The notes beneath the pieces were generated by a model, which did not search any database, had not been told where the DNA came from, and was given only the letters and a program-made list of their open reading frames with translations. From Treponemataceae bacterium (GTDB lineage Bacteria; Spirochaetota; Spirochaetia; Treponematales; Rectinemataceae), in the NCBI GenBank assembly GCA_963678065.2, contig CAXXVZ010000005.1:128001-192000 (forward strand): a DNA stretch of 64,000 bases, in the 5' to 3' direction. Shown here one piece after another: positions 29,078-37,756 of this stretch (the first letter of the stretch is position 1; each line of letters starts with the position of its first letter). The position numbers and the translations under genes are program-made.

Positions 29078-30216
29078 AGGCCGACCTCCGACTTCATGAG
29101 AGTGAAGAGGTCGGCGAGTCCCCTGGGCTCGGTCCCGAGGGGCACGTTCGAGATGAAGGAAGCCATCGACCCCGGCTCAGCGGGCTCGTAGCCGTGCATG
29201 CCGGCGAGGGGCTTGACCCCCATGAAGCTCGGGCAGAGGAGGACGCCGGGGTTCATGAGGAAGAAGAGATCGCCGTAGCGCCTGTCCGGGAAGTCGACGC
29301 CCCAGTCATGCAGGGTTGTCTCGTCGAGAATGCGCCCGTCGGGAACACCCGAGAGCAGCTTTCTCACCTTCGCTTCGGCGCCAGGTTTCAGGAACCAGAA
29401 TCGCGCCATCGTCGAGTCGAAGACCGCGGCGTAGTCCTCGCCGAATTCGAGGCCGCTCCCCTCCAGTGTCGCCATGAGGGGGCAGGTTTTTCTGATATCC
29501 GTCATGCCGTGGTCGGAAAACACGAAGAGCCTCACCTCGTCGTAGACTTCGCGGGAACCGCGGATAAGGTCGCGCAGGGTACTCTCGTAGCCGTCGATCT
29601 TGGCTTTCACCTTCTCGGAGGCAGTGCCGACGGCGTGCAGGAGGGCGTCCATCTGCGCGAGGTAGAGATAGACCATGCGGGGTTTTCCCGTCGCGATGGC
29701 AGCCGCCGCGTCGGCGACAGCCTCCGTCTCCCCTTTGTGCCAGTCGGAGCGGAAGTAGGGGATGCCGGCTTTGTCCATGAGGACGAATACGCTCGGCTGC
29801 CCGCCGTTGATGCCGCCCTCGAGGTAGATGTCTTTCTTCTCGGTGTAGTCGAAGAGATGGATCAGGTCGAAGGGGACGGCGTAGAGCTGGAAATACCCTG
29901 TGTAGCCGTAGGCCTTTTTAACAAACCGACTGACCACATTGCGCACGCGGCCCCGGTCGGCCAGGCTCCGGGGAAGGAAGCGGAGGACCCGCAGCGGCCT
30001 GAAGGGGGATTTCGCCGGATCATACACGAAAAACGAAAAGTGGCCGTGGTCCCGCGGGGCCGCGCCCGTGATGATAGTCGGGTCGCAGGTCGAACTGTAG
30101 CCGAACACGGTCTCGAGCGGCTTCTTGATGCGGGCCTCAGGCTCGAGGAAGTCGCGGTTCCGCACGAGTTCCCAGCCGAGTGCGTCGATGAAAACGAACA
30201 GGGACAGTGTCTTCAT
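29074..30216 (-). CDS. Alkaline-phosphatase-superfamily nucleotide pyrophosphatase/phosphodiesterase
   Basis: FIDALG, GYSST..PTI.TG, D..LH, FSDHGM, GMHGY metal ligands; GAGGAG RBS before MKTLSL. Confidence 0.8.
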   Translation of the reverse strand: MKTLSLFVFIDALGWELVRNRDFLEPEARIKKPLETVFGYSSTCDPTIITGAAPRDHGHFSFFVYDPAKSPFRPLRVLRFLPRSLADRGRVRNVVSRFVKKAYGYTGYFQLYAVPFDLIHLFDYTEKKDIYLEGGINGGQPSVFVLMDKAGIPYFRSDWHKGETEAVADAAAAIATGKPRMVYLYLAQMDALLHAVGTASEKVKAKIDGYESTLRDLIRGSREVYDEVRLFVFSDHGMTDIRKTCPLMATLEGSGLEFGEDYAAVFDSTMARFWFLKPGAEAKVRKLLSGVPDGRILDETTLHDWGVDFPDRRYGDLFFLMNPGVLLCPSFMGVKPLAGMHGYEPAEPGSMASFISNVPLGTEPRGLADLFTLMKSEVGL

Positions 30217-30230
30217 GATTTCTCCTCGTT

Positions 30231-30707
30231 TCAGCCCGGATGCCGGAAGAGTGTTCCGGCGAAGGCGGCGAGTTTCGGTCCGAAAACCAGAACCCCCGTG
30301 CACACTGAAGAGAGGGCCGCGAGAAGCACCGCCCCGCTGGCCGCGTCCTTGGAACCCTTGGCATTGTAGTGGTAATCGCTCGTCACGAGGTCCACCGTCA
30401 GCTCGAGGGAGGTATTCTTGACCTCGAGGGCGAGCACGAAGAACACATTTGTGAGAATGAGTGCCCACTCCACGGCCCCGATGCCGAAGACGAATCCTGC
30501 GGCGATCACCGCGGCGGTCATGGCGAGCTCGAACCGGAAATTGCGCTCCGAGAGGGAGGTCAGGACTATCCCCTTGATGGCGTTGCGCAGACTCCGCCGG
30601 AAACTTTTATTCTTGCCGACGACCGATCCCTGATTCTCCTCTTCGGCGATAAACAGCAGCAGCCTTTCGGCTATTCTCCCCCGGATGACTTCGCGGCCTG
30701 TTTTCAT
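30231..30707 (-). CDS. dgkA: DgkA-family diacylglycerol/undecaprenol kinase
   Basis: A.KGI.....ERNFR, LEVKNTSLE..VDL, KDAASGAVL; 3 TMs. Confidence 0.8.
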   Translation of the reverse strand: MKTGREVIRGRIAERLLLFIAEEENQGSVVGKNKSFRRSLRNAIKGIVLTSLSERNFRFELAMTAAVIAAGFVFGIGAVEWALILTNVFFVLALEVKNTSLELTVDLVTSDYHYNAKGSKDAASGAVLLAALSSVCTGVLVFGPKLAAFAGTLFRHPG

Positions 30708-32185
30708 GGCGTCTTTCCTTCGCTCTGTGAGATGATTTCCACGAATTTGCCAATGGGAATCTTGAGGTTGACGATGGCGGTCACCGTGTCGAGAAAATAC
30801 CCGGCGCGCGCCCGGTCGAGGGCCGACTCCACCTCCACCATGGTACTCACGGCGGAAAGCCTGTCGATCTCTGTCACGACACTCTGATCCTGCAGTTTTT
30901 TGTAGACATCGGCGAGGCGAAGCTTTTCCTTGTATTGGGCTGAGAGGGATTCTATCCTGTCCCTGCGGTTCTGGAGGAGAATCCGGTACTCGGCGAGAAG
31001 TCGGTTGGCCGAGTCTCCTGCGTCCATGGCGACATTGGTCCGTAATTCTTTCAATTGGGCGATGTTTTTCGCCCGCTCGGCCTTCTCGTTGCCGAGGGGC
31101 AGCGTGAAGCCGAGAGTTCCGGAAACGACCGGGGCTATCTGCTTGTCGTTGTCGTTCCAACCCAATTTTGCGTCCACCGAGGCCGTGAATGTGGCAGCCT
31201 TCGCAACCACTTCAGCAGAGAGTTCGGCCAGCCTCAAGTCCCATCCCGCCGTGGCCGTCTCGGCAGCGACGGGAGCCGGATCGGCCGTTTCGAGGAGGGG
31301 TTCGAGTATCCGGGCGAGAGCTTCCAGATCGGAGCCCTGGAAAAAGTCAGGCTCTTCGCGCGACGCGACAGAGTCCCCGCCTCCATCGGAGGCGCCGCCA
31401 AAGGAGGCGGGTCTGGCGCGGGCGCGGGCCTCCCGCCCCAGGCGGCCGGACTCGTAGAAGGCATCAGATGCGGCGGCCTGCGACCTTTCGAGGGCGTCTT
31501 TCTCCTCGAGATAGTCGGCCCTGGAGATTTTCCCTCCCTGCATGAGAACTTCCATGCGCCGGAGGTTCTTTTCCAGATAGTCGTTCCTGGCCTTCGCTTT
31601 CAGCGCGTCGGAACGCGAACTCGCGGAGAGAGCGGCGAGGGAACAGACTTCGAGAAAGCTCGACAGGGCCTTGTCCTCGAGTCCGCGGACCCGGCCGGCC
31701 AGCTCTATGTTCCGCAGCACTTCGCTCGGCGGAAGGCTACCGCGCGCTGAGGGAGCGAGCCGTATGGTCGTCTGCGCCGCAACATAGGGTCCGAGGAAAA
31801 CAGCGAGCGGATCGTAGAGGGAATCCTTGTGGACATTGACCTCCCCTCCTGCAGAGAACTCCCAGGAAAAGCGCTCGGAGGAGGCCGGACCGGGAGAAGT
31901 CACGGAGAGGCCCGCGCGGGGGACAACGGACCATGTGCTTTGGGAGCCGTCCACGGCTCCCGAACCCTGAGCCTTGAGAGCGAGGGCAGGGGCGCGTGAT
32001 CCGGTCCCCAGCCGTGACGTGTCCAGTACCTGTCCTGTGGATCTGGCCTTTTCCAGCGAAGCGGCCAGACCCGTAATCCAGTTGGTCTCGCCTGCGGAAC
32101 AAGGCTGGGCCACAAGGGCCACCGCGAAGACCGCCGCGATGGTCCTCGCGAGGGAAAAATCGGACAGCTGAAATCGGCGTACCAT
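30704..32185 (-). CDS. TolC-like outer-membrane efflux protein, first gene of the polysaccharide operon
   Basis: Signal peptide; two repeats of beta-strands plus long helices with efflux-protein turn motifs (LMQGGKISRADYL; LQDQSVVTEIDRL). Confidence 0.6.
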   Translation of the reverse strand: MVRRFQLSDFSLARTIAAVFAVALVAQPCSAGETNWITGLAASLEKARSTGQVLDTSRLGTGSRAPALALKAQGSGAVDGSQSTWSVVPRAGLSVTSPGPASSERFSWEFSAGGEVNVHKDSLYDPLAVFLGPYVAAQTTIRLAPSARGSLPPSEVLRNIELAGRVRGLEDKALSSFLEVCSLAALSASSRSDALKAKARNDYLEKNLRRMEVLMQGGKISRADYLEEKDALERSQAAASDAFYESGRLGREARARARPASFGGASDGGGDSVASREEPDFFQGSDLEALARILEPLLETADPAPVAAETATAGWDLRLAELSAEVVAKAATFTASVDAKLGWNDNDKQIAPVVSGTLGFTLPLGNEKAERAKNIAQLKELRTNVAMDAGDSANRLLAEYRILLQNRRDRIESLSAQYKEKLRLADVYKKLQDQSVVTEIDRLSAVSTMVEVESALDRARAGYFLDTVTAIVNLKIPIGKFVEIISQSEGKTP

Positions 32186-32191
32186 TCTCCG

Positions 32192-32277
32192 AGTATAGCA
32201 TCGCGGTCTGTCTCAGTCGACACAATTCCTTGGCAAACAGGAATCGCTTCCGCAGAGAACGGAGGGGATGCTATACT
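32192..32277. promoter_or_regulatory. Divergent pair of extended -10 promoters
   Basis: GATGCTATACTC occurs on each strand; TATACT at 32197-32192 (minus) and 32272-32277 (plus), each 6 nt before an ATG. Confidence 0.6.
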
Positions 32278-32283
32278 CTTTGC

Positions 32284-34281
32284 ATGATGCCGCAAACCGA
32301 ACGGACCGTCATCCTCATCGTGGACGACGACGCGAACAATCTCAGGCTTCTGGGTCTGATCCTGCGAGACGCTGGCTACGAGGCACTCGCCGTGCGCGAC
32401 CCCGAACGGGTTCTCGCCGTCATCAAGGCGAAATCGCCCGAAATCGTCCTGCTCGACGTCTCGATGCCCAAGATAAACGGCTACGATGTGTGCAAGCAAA
32501 TCCTGTCCGAGCCGGGATACGCCCGCCTTCCTGTCATCTTCCTCACTGCCAGGACCGAGCCGGAGGATCTCATCCGCGGCTTCAAGGCAGGGGCGGTGGA
32601 CTACGTGACGAAACCATTCAACAAGACCGAACTTCTGGAGCGCGTCAAAAACCACATCGACCGCTGCCGCTACGAAAAGTCGCTCGCCGACGAGAAGGAT
32701 CGTTTCCGCATCATGACGGAGAGTGTCGCGGAGGCCTTCATCCTCATCGGCGATGACATGAAGAAGATCGAGTATGTCAGTCCGGCCTTTGAGCGCATCT
32801 TCGGTTTCTCGCCGCCCGGCACATCGGCCAGGCTGGATTTCCTCGCATCCTTCGTCTCCGCCGTGGATATCGAAAGCCTGAACATACTCCTCACAAAGAC
32901 AGTCCGTCAGGGCATTCCGGGCAGCATAGAACTCCAGGTCACCCGCCCCGACGGCGTGGTCCGCTGGGCTTGGCTCCGGTCCACCGTCTCCAGCCTGGGA
33001 GGCGAGACCAAGCTGATCTGCGTGGTCGCGGACATCACCGAAAAGAAAACCGCGGAGCTGCAGATCCTCCGCGCGCACGAGGTCGCGGCCAGACTTGCGG
33101 GAGAAACCCGCAAGAGCCTCTCGACCTACGAGACGCGGCTCCGGAGTCTCGGCATCGACTCCGGCCTGCTCTCCATACCCTGCAAGAACATAGACGGCGA
33201 CTTCTTCGACATATTCATCAACAGAGAAACCGTGGATATCGTGGTCGGGGACGTGATGGGCAAGGGCATACACGCCGCCCTCGTCAGCTCGGGAGCCCGC
33301 ACCTGGTTCCTCCGGGCGCGCTTCCGCTTCGGCACCGGCAAGACCGGCCTCCCCTCGCCCGCCGTCATGGTCACGGACGTGGACCGTGCCATGACGCCCC
33401 ACCTCATCGGACTCAACTCCTTCTTCACCGCCCAGTACCTGCGCATCGACAGGGACGAAGGCTACCTCGAATTCGTGGACTGCGGTCACACGCCCATCCT
33501 CGTATGGGACGGCGAGAACTGCTGGTCTTACAAAGGAACGAACACGCCTATCGGATTCTTCGAGAATCAGAAATTCACTGCGCACCGACTGCCCTTCGGC
33601 CCCGAATCCGTCTTCATGGTGTATTCCGACGGAGTGACCGACACGATCAACCCCTCGGGAGATTCTTTCGGCGAGGAGAGGCTTCGCGAGGGTTTCGTCA
33701 GGAACGCCGGTAAATCCGCGCCGGAAATAGTCGCGGCGATGAGGGCCGAACTCGAGGACTTCGCCGCCGGGGCGCCCTGGAAAGACGACATCACGCTGGC
33801 CGCGTTCCGCATCGCGGAGGAGCCACCTGTTCCGGCTCCTCTGTACCGGAAATCCTTCGTCCTCCCCTCCAGTCTCGAATGCCTTTCCGAGGTGCGGAAG
33901 CTCCTCTCGGAAGCGCTCTCGTGCTACGACGATGCCGTCATGAACGAGACGAACCGGAGTCTGGCCATTCTTGCCGTCAACGAGGCGGCTTCCAACATCA
34001 TCATCCACGGGCTCAAGAAAATGCCGGCTGAAAGCTTCCGTTTCGCGCTGGAGGTCCACCCATCCTGGTACGCCATCACCTTCTCCTACCCAGGCCCCGA
34101 TTTCGATTGGGCCAGGATCAAGAAGTCCTCCGTCATCAACCTGGACGAGTCGGGCTACGGCATGGACATCATGCGCGAGACCATGTTCAGCGTGCTGTTC
34201 GCCCGCAACAGCCTCGGGGTGGCTCAATTCACCTTGACGGGACTGCCCGGAGGCAACGAGGCCGACGATGAATCCTGGTAA
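32284..34281 (+). CDS. REC-PAS-PP2C (SpoIIE/RsbU) phosphatase fused to an RsbW-like HATPase domain
   Basis: IVLLDVSMP; PAS (YVSPAFERIFG); DGDFFD, GDVMGKG, SDGVTD, DDITL; LAVNEAASNIIIHG, ESGYGM. Confidence 0.88.
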   Translation: MMPQTERTVILIVDDDANNLRLLGLILRDAGYEALAVRDPERVLAVIKAKSPEIVLLDVSMPKINGYDVCKQILSEPGYARLPVIFLTARTEPEDLIRGFKAGAVDYVTKPFNKTELLERVKNHIDRCRYEKSLADEKDRFRIMTESVAEAFILIGDDMKKIEYVSPAFERIFGFSPPGTSARLDFLASFVSAVDIESLNILLTKTVRQGIPGSIELQVTRPDGVVRWAWLRSTVSSLGGETKLICVVADITEKKTAELQILRAHEVAARLAGETRKSLSTYETRLRSLGIDSGLLSIPCKNIDGDFFDIFINRETVDIVVGDVMGKGIHAALVSSGARTWFLRARFRFGTGKTGLPSPAVMVTDVDRAMTPHLIGLNSFFTAQYLRIDRDEGYLEFVDCGHTPILVWDGENCWSYKGTNTPIGFFENQKFTAHRLPFGPESVFMVYSDGVTDTINPSGDSFGEERLREGFVRNAGKSAPEIVAAMRAELEDFAAGAPWKDDITLAAFRIAEEPPVPAPLYRKSFVLPSSLECLSEVRKLLSEALSCYDDAVMNETNRSLAILAVNEAASNIIIHGLKKMPAESFRFALEVHPSWYAITFSYPGPDFDWARIKKSSVINLDESGYGMDIMRETMFSVLFARNSLGVAQFTLTGLPGGNEADDESW

Positions 34282-36337
34282 TGACCCTGTCTCTTGCCTT
34301 TCATCCCGGCCAATGGACGATCCCGAGGAGACTCGGCAGGCCGAGGGGGCGCGCGTCCTTTTGCGCGTGTCCTCGCGGGCCGTGGCTCTCCTTCTGAGGG
34401 AACGCGACTTCGACGTGGCCGTGTCGGAGAGCCTCAGGATAATCGGGGAAGGAGCAAAGGCGGACAGGTCCTACCTTTTCCGCACACACTACGACACCAA
34501 AGGCGCAGGGTCGATGAGTCTGCGCTTCGAATGGAATTCCGGAGTCGCCGCGCCGCAGATCGACAACCCCCGGCTCCAGGACATGCCCTTCGAGGCTCTC
34601 CCCCAATTCATCGAATCCATGCTGAAAGGCGAAATTTTCCACGGCCAGGTCAGCAGTTTCGATGAAAATCTCAAGGCCATTCTCGAACCCCAGCAGATTC
34701 TCTCCATTATCATCCTTCCGATTATGGTGGACGGCGTCTTCTGGGGCTTCGTGGGCTTCGACGACTGCACGACCGGGCGCGTCTGGCACGAAGACGAACG
34801 CGCCATCCTGCTCGCCTACACGAGCGCGATCGGCGCCGTGGTCGAAAGGGTGAACAGGGAAAACGAAATCTGGGCCGCCAAGGCGGCGGCCGAATCGGCC
34901 AACAAGGCAAAAAGCGCCTTCGTCGCCAACGTATCCCATGAAATACGCACCCCCCTCAACGCCATCCTCGGCTTCGCCGAGCTGGTCATGGACAGGACGA
35001 CAGACCCCAAACTCAAAGAGTACGGGGAAGGCATCAGTATCGCGGGACACAACCTCCTCTCCCTGATAAACGACATCCTCGATCTCTCCAAGATCGAAGC
35101 AAACAGGCTGGAAATCCGACCGAGGCCCATCTCATTGCCGGGCATGCTTGCGGAAATGCGGAGTGTGTTCAGCCTGAAAGCCGAAAAACAAGGCCTCGAC
35201 TACGATGTCCTTATCCCGGAGAACCTGCCCGAAACCATCATCGCCGACCCGACCAGAATCCGGCAGATCCTGTTCAACCTCATCGGCAACGCATTCAAGT
35301 ACACGGAGAAAGGCTATGTCAGGCTCGGATGCTCCTCCAGGCCCTCGGGGGCGAACAGGGTCGACATCGAGATCACGGTGGCTGATTCCGGCATCGGCAT
35401 ACCGGAAAACCAGCAAAACAATGTCTTCGAGGCTTTCCGGCAGCACGAAGACGACAGCACCCGCAAGTACGGCGGCACAGGGCTCGGACTGACCATCACG
35501 CGGAGGATCGCCAACCTCATGGGCGGACGGATTACAGTCCGGAGCGCGCTTGGAAAGGGAAGCGTCTTCACGGTTCACCTGCCGAAGATTCCGGTCACCG
35601 AAGAGAAGCGCGGCCGCGAGGAAGTCACAGCCAAGAACAGAGTGTTCGCCCCCGCCACAGTCCTGCTCGTCGACGACATCGCTTCAAACAGAGCCGTCAT
35701 GCGCGGCTTCCTCGAGAACACGGCGATAAAACTCCTGGAGGCGGGAAACGGCGAAGAGGCGCTGGAGATAGTGAAAAAAGTGAAGCCCGACATGATATTC
35801 ATGGACATGCAGATGCCTGTCATGGACGGAAGGACGGCGCTCCGGGAACTGCGGGAGACCCCTTCGACTTCCAAGATTCCGGTCGTGGCGCTCACCGCGA
35901 GCGCGCTCGGCCGCGATGAGGACGACATAAAGACTCTGTGCGAAGGCTATCTGCGCAAACCCGTTTCCAGGACCGAACTTTTCGCCGAGATGGCCCGCTT
36001 CCTCGACTCCGAAGGCCAGGGTCCCGCGAAGGAGGCCCGCGCCGAACCGCCGTCGAATCTTTCGGATGTGAAGCGTTTTTCTTTTCCACAGTCCTACTGC
36101 GCGCTTTTCGAGGGCAAATGGCGGCATGCCTCGGAGCTGCTCAGCATCGACGACCTCGGCAACTTCGCGGGCGACCTCGCCATAGAGGCGGCGAAGCTCG
36201 ATGACGAGGTCGCCATGAAATACGCCGCGGAGCTCGCCGACGCCTGCGCGTCATTCGACCTCGTCCGGATGGAGGCAGTCTTCGCGAGATTCCCCGAACT
36301 CGCGGGTTTTGCCTGCGGCGACGGGGATATACTCTGA
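34268..36337 (+). CDS. Hybrid sensor histidine kinase (GAF-HisKA-HATPase-REC)
   Basis: GAF (FWGFVGFDDC), SHEIRTPLN, NLIGNAFKYT, GGTGLGL, FMDMQMP. Confidence 0.92.
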   Translation: MNPGNDPVSCLSSRPMDDPEETRQAEGARVLLRVSSRAVALLLRERDFDVAVSESLRIIGEGAKADRSYLFRTHYDTKGAGSMSLRFEWNSGVAAPQIDNPRLQDMPFEALPQFIESMLKGEIFHGQVSSFDENLKAILEPQQILSIIILPIMVDGVFWGFVGFDDCTTGRVWHEDERAILLAYTSAIGAVVERVNRENEIWAAKAAAESANKAKSAFVANVSHEIRTPLNAILGFAELVMDRTTDPKLKEYGEGISIAGHNLLSLINDILDLSKIEANRLEIRPRPISLPGMLAEMRSVFSLKAEKQGLDYDVLIPENLPETIIADPTRIRQILFNLIGNAFKYTEKGYVRLGCSSRPSGANRVDIEITVADSGIGIPENQQNNVFEAFRQHEDDSTRKYGGTGLGLTITRRIANLMGGRITVRSALGKGSVFTVHLPKIPVTEEKRGREEVTAKNRVFAPATVLLVDDIASNRAVMRGFLENTAIKLLEAGNGEEALEIVKKVKPDMIFMDMQMPVMDGRTALRELRETPSTSKIPVVALTASALGRDEDDIKTLCEGYLRKPVSRTELFAEMARFLDSEGQGPAKEARAEPPSNLSDVKRFSFPQSYCALFEGKWRHASELLSIDDLGNFAGDLAIEAAKLDDEVAMKYAAELADACASFDLVRMEAVFARFPELAGFACGDGDIL

Positions 36338-36362
36338 TATAGATATAAAGGAGAATTCCGTC

Positions 36363-36863
36363 ATGGATATTCGTGAACTGTCCGGTCTCGATCTCGCTGG
36401 GGCGAAGAGTCTGCTCCTGGCCTTCGCGACCGATGCGAAACGTCTGGACAAGGAAATCGCGGCGGCCGGAGAGGAAAGAAAGCTCTGGACTTCCCGGGTC
36501 GCGCTCGCACAGGGCAAGGGGATGGCCGAACTCGCCGCGGCGGCCACAGCGAAGCTCGCGGAGCTGGAAAGCAGAATGCAGTCTCTCGAGGGGGAGCGCG
36601 CCTCGATGCAGCATGACCTGAGTCAGCTCAAGGAGGCCATTCCGGGCATCAGTGCGAAGGAGCGGAGCATCGATCCTGACAGACTGCTCGCGGAAATCCA
36701 GCTCGTGACCGGTGAGCTTCTCCAGCCGGAGGCCGCTGCGGCCGAGGCCGAGATCGGCAGAATCGAATCGGCGGCGGGTGTGGAAGACGCCCTCGCGGCG
36801 CTCAAGAAAAAAATGGGCGGTCCCGACGCGACCCACGGCGACAATTCCGGCAGCCAGGCATGA
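36363..36863 (+). CDS. Coiled-coil protein, PspA/IM30-like
   Basis: W..RVALAQGKG..ELA..A and C-terminal EDALAALKKKM resemble PspA; AAGGAG RBS. Confidence 0.55.
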   Translation: MDIRELSGLDLAGAKSLLLAFATDAKRLDKEIAAAGEERKLWTSRVALAQGKGMAELAAAATAKLAELESRMQSLEGERASMQHDLSQLKEAIPGISAKERSIDPDRLLAEIQLVTGELLQPEAAAAEAEIGRIESAAGVEDALAALKKKMGGPDATHGDNSGSQA

Positions 36864-37645
36864 AACTTCCCCTCCTGCCGGATTTTCCGAGGCCGCTGGT
36901 CTTCGCGCACCGCGGGCTCTCCGCCCGGGCGCCCGAAAACACTCGCGCGGCCTTCGGCCTGGCGATGAAAGAAGGCATTCCGGGCATCGAACTCGACGTC
37001 CACCTCAGCGCTGATGGCAAGCTCGTCGTCATCCACGATCATTTCACGGGCAGAACAGCCCCGGGGAGCCGGGAGCTGTCGGGATCGCCCGATGGTTTCA
37101 AAGTCGAGACGACCGCGTGGGATGTTCTCCGCCGGCTGGACGCAGGGTCCTGGAAGGGGCCGGAATACGCTTCCGAATGCCTCATGCTCCTTTGTGAACT
37201 CTTCGACGAGACGGGCGGGCGCGTCTACTACGATATCGAGCTGAAATCGGGGGCAAAGGCGGATTACGGCCTCGAGAAGGCCCTCGCGCACGAGATCGCG
37301 CGCTCGGGGCTCGGAAATCGATGTCTCGTCTCCAGCTTCAATCCCTTCTCTCTCGCGCGCTTCAAGGGATTCGCGCCCGAGATCCCCACCGGAATCATCT
37401 GGTGCAGGTCGGAAGAGCTGCCCTTCTTCCTCAGACGAGGCGAGGGACGCTGGATCGCGGCGGCCGACTACCTGAAGCCCGACCATGTGCTCGCGAAGCC
37501 CGCCTCGCGCATCGCCTGGAAGCTGACGGGGCACAGCACCTTCGTGCCCTGGACAGTGGACGAGCCGACGGAAGCGAGGCGGCTCCTCGCCCTCGGAGCC
37601 GAAGGCCTCATCTCGAACGACCCGACGGCTCTCGGCATTCTCTGA
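36860..37645 (+). CDS. Glycerophosphodiester phosphodiesterase
   Basis: AHRG...PENT, IELDV, VIHD, IELK, SSFN, WTVD. Confidence 0.92.
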   Translation: MKLPLLPDFPRPLVFAHRGLSARAPENTRAAFGLAMKEGIPGIELDVHLSADGKLVVIHDHFTGRTAPGSRELSGSPDGFKVETTAWDVLRRLDAGSWKGPEYASECLMLLCELFDETGGRVYYDIELKSGAKADYGLEKALAHEIARSGLGNRCLVSSFNPFSLARFKGFAPEIPTGIIWCRSEELPFFLRRGEGRWIAAADYLKPDHVLAKPASRIAWKLTGHSTFVPWTVDEPTEARRLLALGAEGLISNDPTALGIL

Positions 37646-37756
37646 AAGAGAATGAACGAACCCCGGAGCAGAGCTGCGAGGAGTAAACCTGCGTGCAAAT
37701 CACGTCTGCCCCCCGGAAGCCCCGCAGGCAAGGCGCTGTCCGGACACGAAGCCCGC

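Noticed and set aside
32229..32248. Possible sigma54 -24/-12 promoter (TTGGCA...)
   Set aside because: GG and GC are not separated by the required 10 nt.
31900..34227. 775-aa minus-strand ORF, and similar long ORFs such as 52983-55310, 12742-14547 and 62650-63996
   Set aside because: Antisense shadows of well-supported genes in GC-rich DNA; no recognisable motifs.
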